Shown here: in pieces, positions 12,012 through 21,041 of the stretch
Numbering within the stretch: the first letter of the stretch is position 1
How the letters are laid out: the number at the start of each line of letters is the position of its first letter
Origin: Myxococcota bacterium
Lineage (GTDB): Bacteria > Myxococcota_A > SURF-8 > G963663525
Reading direction: 5' to 3'
Assembly (NCBI GenBank): GCA_963676915.2
Contig: CAXXVK010000043.1
Coordinates: 1-64,000, forward strand
Length of the DNA stretch: 64,000 nucleotides
The notes under the pieces: generated by a model
Database searches by the model: none
Told to the model about the DNA's origin: nothing
What the model saw: only the letters and a program-made list of their open reading frames with translations
Made by a program: the position numbers and the translations under genes

Positions 12012-13598
12012 TTAAAATTCGAAACTGGCCGAAAACGCACCGACCATCGTCCAACCCGAGACGGAATATCCCGGAAAGCCCGGATTGTTGGTTTGCAATC
12101 CCTCGGCCGCTTTCAAAGGTTCTTGATCGAAAATGTGGATGGCTTCATCCGGCCATTCGTCGATGATCTTGGTTGGGTCTTTATGGACCGTACGCTTGAC
12201 CATTTGCCAGAACTGCAATCCGAGTTCAACATGGAATTGTGATTCCATGATCGGAAAATCGAAACGGTGTCCGGCGGCGACGCACCAGGTGTCGGAGTCG
12301 GCATAGTTGGTTCGACCGTCTTGCTCGGGAACCGGCGACGGCTGGTAAATGAATCCCATTCGTGCCTGTGCCCAATCCGTATACTGATAGGTCACACCCA
12401 CATTGACGTTGAACGTATCTAAAAAGGCGTAATCGTCACCGTTGATAGACGGAATTCCTATAACAGTGCCGTTTGCCACATCTTCTTCGTCGACATCGAG
12501 GTATTGGGCCGATTTTTCAGGCGTTTCATCGTGATTGTTTCGATAGTTTGACCAATTGTTGTAGGTGGCGACCATCTGGACCTGCCATTGTTCGGCGAAA
12601 CGGAAGCCCAATGCGAGGCTGGCTTCCATCGGTTCGTACATCAGCGCATAGTTGTGGCCGGGTTGTGTTACCCGCTTGGGAACCCATTTGCCGTCGCCGA
12701 CTTCCAGTGGGGTAGCGCGATAGTTCCACAAGAGCATCCGGCCTTTACCGTCTACTTTGAGATAATTCCAAAGTTTCCAGGTCAAGCCGACGGACATCCA
12801 ATCGAATGGTTCAGCCTGGATTCCTATAATAGGACGAACCGACGCCGCCATTTTCATATCCATATTCGATTTGGAATAATCATCGGCTTGCAAGGTCGGC
12901 ATGTAGATGTCCATCACAGCAACGGAACTCATCGATACTTCGGCAGCGACACCGAAAGACATATACTCAAAGGCTGGAGGTGCATAGGAAGCCCCGAGCA
13001 TACCGGTGATCATCGGGGACCACTCTCCGAACCGCGTCATATGAACCTGGTTCGTAAAGTATTGCTCCTGCTCATTGGGGTAGTAGGTAGAGATGTGGGC
13101 TTGGTCAGGCATCGGGGAAACGAACAGACCGCCCAGGCGAAATCCGGGAATTCCAAACGAATAGGTGATTCCACCGCCAACCATGATCTCGAAATTGTCG
13201 ATTTCGGTGTCACGCCGTTGGTTGCGTAATTCGATGGTTGGCAAGCCACGGTCCATGCTGGACGTTGCCTCATCGACCTGTGTGGAATAGTAGGAAATCG
13301 GGATATCCGCATTGGAAGGCTTGTCCATCAGGTTGATCGACAAGTTGTTTTTGTAAAAAATGAATTCGAGTCCGCTTTGCGGTTTGAAGCGGGACATCAG
13401 CGCCGGGTTGCTGGCCAGAACGCCGTAACTCGAACCGTAGGCGTATTCACTGTTGCCCGAACCGATGGCTGTGGTATCGTATCCGAAGTTTTTTAGCGGT
13501 CCCGCCTGAGCGGATGGCAGGGAACCACCTAAAAGAATAACCATAAGGAATAAGTTAAGCACTACGTACAACTTCACGCTTCTCGGCTGCCAGTTCAT
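12012..13598 (-). CDS. OmpP1/FadL-family outer-membrane beta-barrel transporter
   Basis: AAGGAG RBS before ATG 13598, signal peptide ending AQA, hatch-like ..SNPALMS.F, PSPVPEQDGRTNYADSD motif, C-terminal Phe (SFEF). Confidence 0.75.
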   Translation of the reverse strand: MNWQPRSVKLYVVLNLFLMVILLGGSLPSAQAGPLKNFGYDTTAIGSGNSEYAYGSSYGVLASNPALMSRFKPQSGLEFIFYKNNLSINLMDKPSNADIPISYYSTQVDEATSSMDRGLPTIELRNQRRDTEIDNFEIMVGGGITYSFGIPGFRLGGLFVSPMPDQAHISTYYPNEQEQYFTNQVHMTRFGEWSPMITGMLGASYAPPAFEYMSFGVAAEVSMSSVAVMDIYMPTLQADDYSKSNMDMKMAASVRPIIGIQAEPFDWMSVGLTWKLWNYLKVDGKGRMLLWNYRATPLEVGDGKWVPKRVTQPGHNYALMYEPMEASLALGFRFAEQWQVQMVATYNNWSNYRNNHDETPEKSAQYLDVDEEDVANGTVIGIPSINGDDYAFLDTFNVNVGVTYQYTDWAQARMGFIYQPSPVPEQDGRTNYADSDTWCVAAGHRFDFPIMESQFHVELGLQFWQMVKRTVHKDPTKIIDEWPDEAIHIFDQEPLKAAEGLQTNNPGFPGYSVSGWTMVGAFSASFEF

Positions 13599-13759
13599 GC
13601 AATACTCCTTATCGAGAAAATAGACGGGATCAGTATCCATGCTTAATTGATGGAAAGAACATTGCAAATTTTCACGAAATTTGAAAGAAAAACTGGTAGA
13701 AAAAAAGCGAATTGAAAAAAAAGGATCATTTACACGTGTTTTCTCTTCTGACTTTTCGC

Positions 13760-16081
13760 ATGAAACCGTTTTTACTGGCCATTGTCGGGTTGGCATTGCT
13801 GGTCGTTGCGGTCCCGTTTGTTTACTATGCTTGGGATCTTCCCTCGGTTCGCAGTGCCGCCGAATACCATCCGCCCCAGGTTTCGCGCATCGTGGCTGCG
13901 GACGGATTGACGGTTATCGGCGAATTGTATGAGGAAAAACGGACGGTTATTCCTCTTGAAACCATTCCCGAAACGCTGCGTATGGCTTTTGTCGCCGTAG
14001 AGGACCGGCGTTTTTTCGAGCATCAGGGCATCAGTTTTACCGGAATTCTCCGAGCGATGGTTCGTAATCTCCTGGCTTTGGAGATCAAGCAGGGCGCTTC
14101 GACCATCACACAACAGGTCATTAAAAACCTGTATTTGAGTCCTGCACGCACGGCCCGGAGAAAGGTCCGCGAGTTGATCCTCGCCTGGAGGCTGGAACAC
14201 AAACTGAGCAAAAACGAGATACTTTGGATTTATCTCAATCATATTTACTTCGGAAACGGTTGCTACGGAATTTATGAAGCTTCCCACTATTATTTCGATT
14301 CGGAGTTGAATGAACTGAACCTTGGGGAAATCGCCTATCTTGCCGGATTGCCGCAAAGTCCCGAAAACTATGCACTAAACCGATATCCTGACCGCGCCAA
14401 AAAGCGTCAGCGCTTCGTTTTGGAGCGAATGTTGGAACAAAATCTGATCGACGACGCGGATTTCGAAAAATTCTCTCATATGCCGTTGAGTTTTCAGCCG
14501 GATTCTTCCTACAAACTGATTGCTCCGCGATTGGTGCAACGGGTATCGCGTTGGGCTTTGGAGCATTTAGGGGAAGAAAAGGTCTATTATGGTGGATTGC
14601 GTATCAAAACCCACTTTTCCACGAAAAGTCAGACCTACGCCATCGAAAGTCTGCAAAGCGTGTTACGTGAATCCGAGGCGGATCAATGGCAACCCCGACC
14701 GTCCACCATCGTGCAGTTTCCCCGACAGGCCGAGCAATGGCGGCAGACCGTAACTAAAGCACGGTTGCAGCCGTTTATGTCACGTAAAGTCTTTGCCATA
14801 CGTGCTTTTTCCGAATCAGGTCGTACCGATGGAGCGGCTCCCTGGGATCTTTCTCCCGAACCTATGCGTCCCCAAGTGGGATACTATGCTTACATTTCAA
14901 AAATCGAGGGCGAGCAGATCACCGTTTCCCTGGGTGAAAGGGAAGGGGTGCTCGATCGCCGGGAGATCCGCATTCCCGATCCTCTTGTCTTGGGACAGAC
15001 GTTGGTCGTGCGTTTGAATGACCCCTTGCCAGAATCGGAAAGCGAAAAAATTCCACTGGCTTATGATTTTCTTCCCAAGTTGGATGGCGCCATCATGGCT
15101 TTGGATGTTTCCACCGGCGGGATCGAAGCGGTGGCGGATGGTTATTTCCCTCGAAGTCGTCCACCGGACTTGAGTCTGTCCCTTGTAAAGCCCGGACAGA
15201 CATTTGCACCACTTGTATACCTTGCCGCGCTATCTTCCCGTAATTTCACACCTATTACGCAGCTTCGGGATGAACCGTTTCAATTGGGAGGCTGGAGGCC
15301 GATCAATCCCGACCTGCGTTTCCGTGACCGGGTGTCGCTTCGTCGATCCATTGTCCAGAACCTCGTGGCGCCGGTCGTCTGGCTGGGAGAACAAATGGGG
15401 CGCGATTCTCTGGAAACATTGGCTCATGGATTCGGCTATCCCCATGATTTTTCGAAAGATTCCGGTTGGGCTGCCGGTCGGATACCGGTTTCTTTGGAGG
15501 ATGTTGCTGGTTTGTATACCGGTTTTGCATCGGGAGGCTTTCGGCGTCCGGCCACCGCTGTCAGTCGAGTCAATCTGGCGAGTGGAGAAATCCTCTATGA
15601 GTACGTTCCCGAGCCAAAACGGGTTGTGGACCCCGATCCCGTTTACATTCTCACGAGGCTGTTACAGGGTTCTCCTGTGGAGGGCACGCGGAAAAGCCCG
15701 ATTTCCACCCCGGCAAGCGGTAGGTTGGGGGACGATTCCGAGCAGCCTTATGCACTTTATCTGATGTATACTCCCAGGCGGGTCTGTGCGGCGCGAATCG
15801 AAGGCTATGGTTCCCGAAAGAATCGGGGGGACGTGGCTTTCGACACCTGTCGCCGATTTCTTGAATCGTGGGCGGATTTCGAGGGAACCGAGCCGTTTTC
15901 CACGCCTTCCGACGTGGTGGTCATCACCATCGATCCGATCACCGGAGAGTGGCGGTATGCCTTGGATGAAGACGCTGTGGAGGAATACTTTCTGTATGGC
16001 ACCGAACCTCGTCTGCCGGAACCGGAACTTTTGGAAGGCGATGGGGACGAAGATGAGGAGGAAGACGCTTCTCTCAGGTAG
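13760..16081 (+). CDS. mrcA: Class A penicillin-binding protein (PBP1A-like); GT51 domain intact, transpeptidase motifs degenerate
   Basis: GT51 motifs EDRRFFEHQG, GASTITQQ, RKVRE, KNEILWIYLN and LAGLPQSP. N-terminal TM anchor. PBP1A-like C-tail IDPITG..EYFLYGTEP. Confidence 0.85.
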   Translation: MKPFLLAIVGLALLVVAVPFVYYAWDLPSVRSAAEYHPPQVSRIVAADGLTVIGELYEEKRTVIPLETIPETLRMAFVAVEDRRFFEHQGISFTGILRAMVRNLLALEIKQGASTITQQVIKNLYLSPARTARRKVRELILAWRLEHKLSKNEILWIYLNHIYFGNGCYGIYEASHYYFDSELNELNLGEIAYLAGLPQSPENYALNRYPDRAKKRQRFVLERMLEQNLIDDADFEKFSHMPLSFQPDSSYKLIAPRLVQRVSRWALEHLGEEKVYYGGLRIKTHFSTKSQTYAIESLQSVLRESEADQWQPRPSTIVQFPRQAEQWRQTVTKARLQPFMSRKVFAIRAFSESGRTDGAAPWDLSPEPMRPQVGYYAYISKIEGEQITVSLGEREGVLDRREIRIPDPLVLGQTLVVRLNDPLPESESEKIPLAYDFLPKLDGAIMALDVSTGGIEAVADGYFPRSRPPDLSLSLVKPGQTFAPLVYLAALSSRNFTPITQLRDEPFQLGGWRPINPDLRFRDRVSLRRSIVQNLVAPVVWLGEQMGRDSLETLAHGFGYPHDFSKDSGWAAGRIPVSLEDVAGLYTGFASGGFRRPATAVSRVNLASGEILYEYVPEPKRVVDPDPVYILTRLLQGSPVEGTRKSPISTPASGRLGDDSEQPYALYLMYTPRRVCAARIEGYGSRKNRGDVAFDTCRRFLESWADFEGTEPFSTPSDVVVITIDPITGEWRYALDEDAVEEYFLYGTEPRLPEPELLEGDGDEDEEEDASLR

Positions 16082-16427
16082 GTAGTTCTCCAGGATCAGG
16101 TTGTCCTGAAGAAAAGCATAAGAACGGCATTTGTCTTCGTCTAATACAATGGATTTGCGGGAGGGGAGACCGTAACTTCCAAGATTGGACGACTTTCGTG
16201 AAATCTGCTGCTGAAAAGAGTTTGCATCGTTTACGGTAGTCGGCTAAGGTGTGAAATCCATTTGTCGATTTTCCAAAGGTCGAGAATTCGCTTTGGAATT
16301 TCCGTCAAACCATAGAAATCTGCGCGAAAATCTTGCATTTTCTCGCACTAAGTATTAGGAATAACCGAAAAAAACAGGGTAGTGAGCGTATGCTCCGTGA
16401 GCTACGGCGCGAAGGAGGAAACAACCC

Positions 16428-19322
16428 ATGCCGAACCTGAAATCATTTACTTCTGGCCTGTTTCTGATGATTGCGGCCAGCTTTCTTCTCGTAATGATCG
16501 CGGGAGGTTGCAACGACCATACGTTCGTGCCTCAGGCGGACATCAAGATTTCACCCAACCCCATCAAGGTCGAGAACCAGGGTGGATTGGTCATCGATCT
16601 TGCCGAAGACTCTGCCGATGATGGCGAAGAAGGTGACGGCACGGAAGATGCAGCCGAAGACGCCGGAGAGCGTCTTTTGTACGAATCCAACATGATGCTG
16701 ATCGACAACCGATCCATCACCGCCGATCTGTCGATTTACGAATTGACCTTCTACGACGAGGAAAACAATCCTTTGACGTCCGAACCTTTGCTGGATGCCA
16801 ATGGTGTGCCTACCAACATCCGGCTCGCCAAGTTCGGTGAGGTTCGCGAGGATCAACGCTGCAGCAGCAATTCCGACTGTGCGGCGAACGACTTGGTTTT
16901 CGGTAAGTTGGCTCCTTACTACGTATGTCTTTCCTCCCAGTGCCAGACGGACATCAGCTTCAATTTCCGGATTGAATTCGATCTCGGCAAACTCGTGATC
17001 GTCGATCCGAGCGTCATGCTTGAAAACAATATCGCCAAGGCCGCAACGTGGCAGGATGCCGATAGCGATCGGACCATCTGCTACCGCGAAAGCACGGACG
17101 TTGCACCGCAAACTCTGCCGCCTCTGTATGGTCTCAATGCCTGCGATCGACTGGCTTTGGAGCAGAAACTGCGCAATATCGATGATGACGACACCCTTAC
17201 CAGCTACGATCTTGTTTCAAAGAGAAAAGCCAACCTTCGTGTGATGGTACAGAGCCAGGAAAGCGACAGCGAAAACGCTGCTGGTCAGATCACGAACCTG
17301 GTGTTCAGCGACACGCAATGCTCTGCAGGCAGTGCCGAAGCTGTTCGTCCTACGGAACTCGAACTGGTCGATCCTCTCCAAAGCTCCGTGGCAGCCAAAC
17401 TGTTGACCTCTATGGATTCCGCCAGCGCTCGCTTGGCGCGGGCTGCCTGCGGTGGCGTGAGTGACAACGTGGTGGAAGTGGAATACGAGAACCCGGCGGA
17501 CAGCCTGGATTTCTGCCTCCTCGACAACGGCGAAATCAACCCCGACATGCTTTCCGTGGATATCGACGCCCTGACCATGGACCAACTACCGATCAAGGTG
17601 GTTTACGCCATTTCCAAAGATGTCACCCGCAGCCAGGTGTTGTCCCAGAAAACCTTCAAGCTCAAAGTATCCAGCAGCGCGACCGTCGGTGGTGGATATG
17701 ACAAGAGCATCGATGTGGACATCGCCCAGAACCTCGGTGGACCTCCCGAACCGGCGATCACCGTGGATGACCTCTACCTCAATCCCGAACCGCTGACCGA
17801 GTTCAAAATGAGTGGTTTGAGTTCTTGCAGTCCTTTCGGCGATGCTCGTAAGCCGTTTACGTACCAATGGTCTTGGGCACCCGGTGGACGTCCGGCCTTT
17901 GCCAAGGATGCGATTCTTGTCTGTGATCTTCCCAACAACCCGTACAACGTGGATAACGACATCACCCGAAGCGGTGACGAATACACCGATTGTGGCGAGA
18001 CGAAGATTTTCTTCCCCATCGTCGGTACCTACAAATTCCGTCTCAAAGTGCTTGACAGTGTGAACCAGCCTTCCGGTCCTACGGCGGAATGCCCGGATTG
18101 CCCGGAATACGATCTTCGCGATGTGGTGGTCAAGCCCTCGAAAAAGCTGTATGTCGAATTGGTTTGGGACAAAGGCGGTGACGGACTGCGTGGCGTGGAT
18201 ATGGACCTTTTCATGGTCCGCAAGCGCGAAGACGGATCGTTTGCCATTCCCATGGCATTCAACGACAAACTCGATCCCAGCAGTTGGACCAGCACGGCCT
18301 GTACCAACGACAACGATTGCACCGGTGGTTTCCATTGCGATACTGGCGTGGGATTCTGTGACAAAGCCTGCACCAATGACCAGCAATGTTTCGATTATGC
18401 TTTCGGATATTACTGCAACCAGGATCACATCAGCGGTACACCGCAGTGCGCGTTGCGTTACGAATTCGAACCCACGGCAACACAACCCAATCCACCGGCT
18501 TCGGTCTTCTGCGGTATTTGCTCCAACGACACGACAAAACACTGCGGAAACGCTACGGATTGTTGCGAAGACGATTCCTGCACTTGTACCCCTTCGGCAG
18601 ATTTGTGCGATGTCAAGGGAGGCTATTGCAGTCGCCGGAGAGATTCTTCCAGTTCCGATGCCAACACCCTTTACATTTGCACGGAACACCCGGAGGAAAT
18701 GATCAACGATACCTGCTCGTTCCAGAACACGAACCCGGACTGGGGTAGCAGTGATACAGAAGACGACGATCCTTCCCTGGATATCGACGACGTGGACGGC
18801 TACGGTCCGGAAACCATTACTCTTAAAACCCCGGTTTCGGGTACCTATCGTGTCGTTGCACGTGTGTTTTCCGACCCCTTGGGAGACATTTCCGAGGATT
18901 CCCCGGTGACGGCTTTCGTCAAAATTCTGATCAACGGTGAGAAAAAGCAGTACACTGACCCCATTACGGGTGAAATCACTGACGAGACGATGACGGCGGA
19001 ATTCAACCAGACACGAACCTACTGGAAAGTTGCTGACATCGTTTGGGATGCGGAAGCCGCTGTAGACGACACCACAAGCGATGCCAAAGGCAATGGTGAA
19101 ATCATTCCCTTGGCGTACACACCGGTTACGGCAGATACTCCTGCTTCGGATCTTACATCGCAACCGTACGCCAATCCTTTCCGGGCGATTTCCGGACCTT
19201 TCGATCCGAAAGACTGCGTAGATCCTCGGTCGATCTGGTGTGACGAAGCCAGCACGGAGATCAACTCCGATGGAAACACTTGCGATCAGGTGTATTCCTC
19301 CATTCCTCCCTGGTGTCAATAA
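16428..19322 (+). CDS. Large Cys-rich lipoprotein with PKD/Ig-like and YfaP/DUF2135-like domains
   Basis: AGGAGG RBS, lipobox AGGC, YQWSW Ig-like motif, LYVELVWD..DMDL and DPSLDIDDVDGYGPETITL motifs. Confidence 0.85.
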   Translation: MPNLKSFTSGLFLMIAASFLLVMIAGGCNDHTFVPQADIKISPNPIKVENQGGLVIDLAEDSADDGEEGDGTEDAAEDAGERLLYESNMMLIDNRSITADLSIYELTFYDEENNPLTSEPLLDANGVPTNIRLAKFGEVREDQRCSSNSDCAANDLVFGKLAPYYVCLSSQCQTDISFNFRIEFDLGKLVIVDPSVMLENNIAKAATWQDADSDRTICYRESTDVAPQTLPPLYGLNACDRLALEQKLRNIDDDDTLTSYDLVSKRKANLRVMVQSQESDSENAAGQITNLVFSDTQCSAGSAEAVRPTELELVDPLQSSVAAKLLTSMDSASARLARAACGGVSDNVVEVEYENPADSLDFCLLDNGEINPDMLSVDIDALTMDQLPIKVVYAISKDVTRSQVLSQKTFKLKVSSSATVGGGYDKSIDVDIAQNLGGPPEPAITVDDLYLNPEPLTEFKMSGLSSCSPFGDARKPFTYQWSWAPGGRPAFAKDAILVCDLPNNPYNVDNDITRSGDEYTDCGETKIFFPIVGTYKFRLKVLDSVNQPSGPTAECPDCPEYDLRDVVVKPSKKLYVELVWDKGGDGLRGVDMDLFMVRKREDGSFAIPMAFNDKLDPSSWTSTACTNDNDCTGGFHCDTGVGFCDKACTNDQQCFDYAFGYYCNQDHISGTPQCALRYEFEPTATQPNPPASVFCGICSNDTTKHCGNATDCCEDDSCTCTPSADLCDVKGGYCSRRRDSSSSDANTLYICTEHPEEMINDTCSFQNTNPDWGSSDTEDDDPSLDIDDVDGYGPETITLKTPVSGTYRVVARVFSDPLGDISEDSPVTAFVKILINGEKKQYTDPITGEITDETMTAEFNQTRTYWKVADIVWDAEAAVDDTTSDAKGNGEIIPLAYTPVTADTPASDLTSQPYANPFRAISGPFDPKDCVDPRSIWCDEASTEINSDGNTCDQVYSSIPPWCQ

Positions 19323-19347
19323 ACACTGAAAATCCATCTGGAAAAGC

Positions 19348-19380
19348 AAACGGGCCGACTTGAAAGTCGGCCCGTTTTTT
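19348..19380 (+). terminator. Intrinsic terminator
   Basis: AAACGGGCCGACT-TGAA-AGTCGGCCCGTTTTTT. Confidence 0.85.
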
Positions 19381-19546
19381 ATTCCGATAAAAGAAAAATC
19401 GGTCTTTATTGAAAATCGGCCTTGAATTTTTCGTTGAGTTTCTTATTCTATTAGTAAGAAGTAATGATAGTGATGAACTGTTTTTATAGATTTGGTGGGG
19501 GCCGAACAACTATTGTTCGATCTAGGAATGAACGAAAGGATGCGTC

Positions 19547-19993
19547 ATGAAAAGATATATCGGTTTGATGGTTGCTTTGATGGTAATCTCCGTTCCCTCT
19601 TTGGGGTCTACTGCGCTTACGTACTACAGTTTCACCGATAATGGGGATGGTACGGTTACGGACAACCGGACGGACCTGATGTGGCAAAAAGGGTTCTCTG
19701 ATTTGGCTTGGAACTGGGAATACGCGAAGGTTTATTGCGAAGAGTTGGAGTTAGCAGGATATGACGACTGGTCGTTGCCGAACATCGATGAACTCAACAG
19801 CATGATGGGGGTCAGCTTCCGCTATACGGGAGCCAATCCGGATTACTTCGATTATCCGGAAACCGTTGGATGGTTCTGGTCGTCTACGAGCGATGAAGAG
19901 GTTTATTCCCTCGCCTATGCTGTTTATATCACCAATGGATTCGAAGACGCCAATGCCAAGATTTTCCTTAGCCGCGCTCGATGTGTTCGGTAA
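19547..19993 (+). CDS. Secreted Lcl C-terminal / DUF1566 (C-type-lectin fold) protein
   Basis: Signal peptide; FTDNGDGTVTDNRTDLMWQK, LAGYDDWSLPNIDEL, FWSST and RCVR* motifs. Confidence 0.9.
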   Translation: MKRYIGLMVALMVISVPSLGSTALTYYSFTDNGDGTVTDNRTDLMWQKGFSDLAWNWEYAKVYCEELELAGYDDWSLPNIDELNSMMGVSFRYTGANPDYFDYPETVGWFWSSTSDEEVYSLAYAVYITNGFEDANAKIFLSRARCVR

Positions 19994-20023
19994 CTCGTTG
20001 TAAAAGCTTAACGAATGCTATCT

Positions 20024-20049
20024 AAACCGGTCGAGAGACCGGTTTTTTT
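20024..20049 (+). terminator. Hairpin with GAGA loop plus T-tract after the Lcl gene
   Basis: AAACCGGTC-GAGA-GACCGGTTTTTTT. Confidence 0.8.
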
Positions 20050-20165
20050 GTGCTTGATTTTTCTAAAAGAATAATCTAGAAAAAGTAGAGAAACAAGGTG
20101 AACTGCTGCAAGAAGCAGTTGTTTCGGTGCAATTCTGCAATTGAGACAAAATGGAGGAATGAATC

Positions 20166-20612
20166 ATGGCGATACCCGAAAATCTGTTGATTATCGTGAA
20201 CACGGCAACGGAAAATCCTTACAATCAATATGCATCCTATGTGGTGGCTTTTTTGTCCAAGCATCTAGGCAAGGTGAAGAACGTCACGCTCTACTATGGT
20301 CCTAACGGTGTGAAAATGTCGAAAAAAGGGGCATTGGCGGCGATTCCCATCGACGATGCCGTTAAAAACCTGATTGCATCGCAACTCGAAGGACTTTCCG
20401 CCTCCGATCTGCCGGACAACCTGGAGCAATTCGCGCGTTTTGCGAAAGACAGCTTAGGTATCAATATCGCTTCTTGTGCGACGTTCAATGTTATCGATGG
20501 CTTGTCCTCGTCACTGGACGATACCGAAAACCTGGTGGATTTCATTACACCGATTCAACTTCCGCAAGCTGCCGAAGCTCTGATGGTGGCAGATAAAATC
20601 CTGTATTTCTAG
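20166..20612 (+). CDS. DsrE/DsrF/DrsH-like protein
   Basis: 148 aa, GGAGG RBS. LLIIV..., VTLYY...GV...KKG, single Cys (IASC), and ADKILYF C-terminus typical of the DsrE fold. Confidence 0.65.
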   Translation: MAIPENLLIIVNTATENPYNQYASYVVAFLSKHLGKVKNVTLYYGPNGVKMSKKGALAAIPIDDAVKNLIASQLEGLSASDLPDNLEQFARFAKDSLGINIASCATFNVIDGLSSSLDDTENLVDFITPIQLPQAAEALMVADKILYF

Positions 20613-20778
20613 TTTGTTTTCACCGGTATCGGGTTGTACTCGATACCGGGAAACGGACTTCTGGAAAAATCGGGCGATTTTCATCTTTTTCTTGAAAGAG
20701 GCAGGGAAATGCTTGCTTTTTTCGATAAATCCCATTAAAAGATGGTCTGCCTTTCGTCGTGAGGTGTACTCCGACCAA

Positions 20779-20854
20779 GGGGGCGTGGCTCAGTTGGTAG
20801 AGCGCCGCGTTCGCAACGCGGAAGTCGTGGGTTCGAGTCCCATCGCCTCCACCA
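20779..20854 (+). tRNA. tRNA-Ala(CGC)
   Basis: 76-nt cloverleaf: GGGGGCG/CGCCTCC acceptor stem with G3:U70, anticodon loop TTCGCAA, GTTCGAGTC T-arm, encoded CCA. Confidence 0.97.
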
Positions 20855-20868
20855 ATCTATAACGATTT

Positions 20869-20900
20869 AACCGGCTCTGTGAACAATCACAGGGCCGGTT
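20869..20900 (+). terminator. Hairpin downstream of the tRNA
   Basis: AACCGGCTCTGTGA-ACAA-TCACAGGGCCGGTT. Confidence 0.65.
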
Positions 20901-21041
20901 GTCGTTTGAGGGAGGGCGATTATACGTTCTTGATGTTCCACACCCGTTACCGAGGAGGAAGATGACGATGGCACACTTTGGATTTATAAAATATCAATAA
21001 AAACCAAAGCTTACAGTTTGGCTATATAAAATGTGACGGCA

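Noticed and set aside
17586-19349. 587-aa minus-strand ORF
   Set aside because: Antisense shadow of the 964-aa lipoprotein; no motifs or RBS, explained by codon bias.
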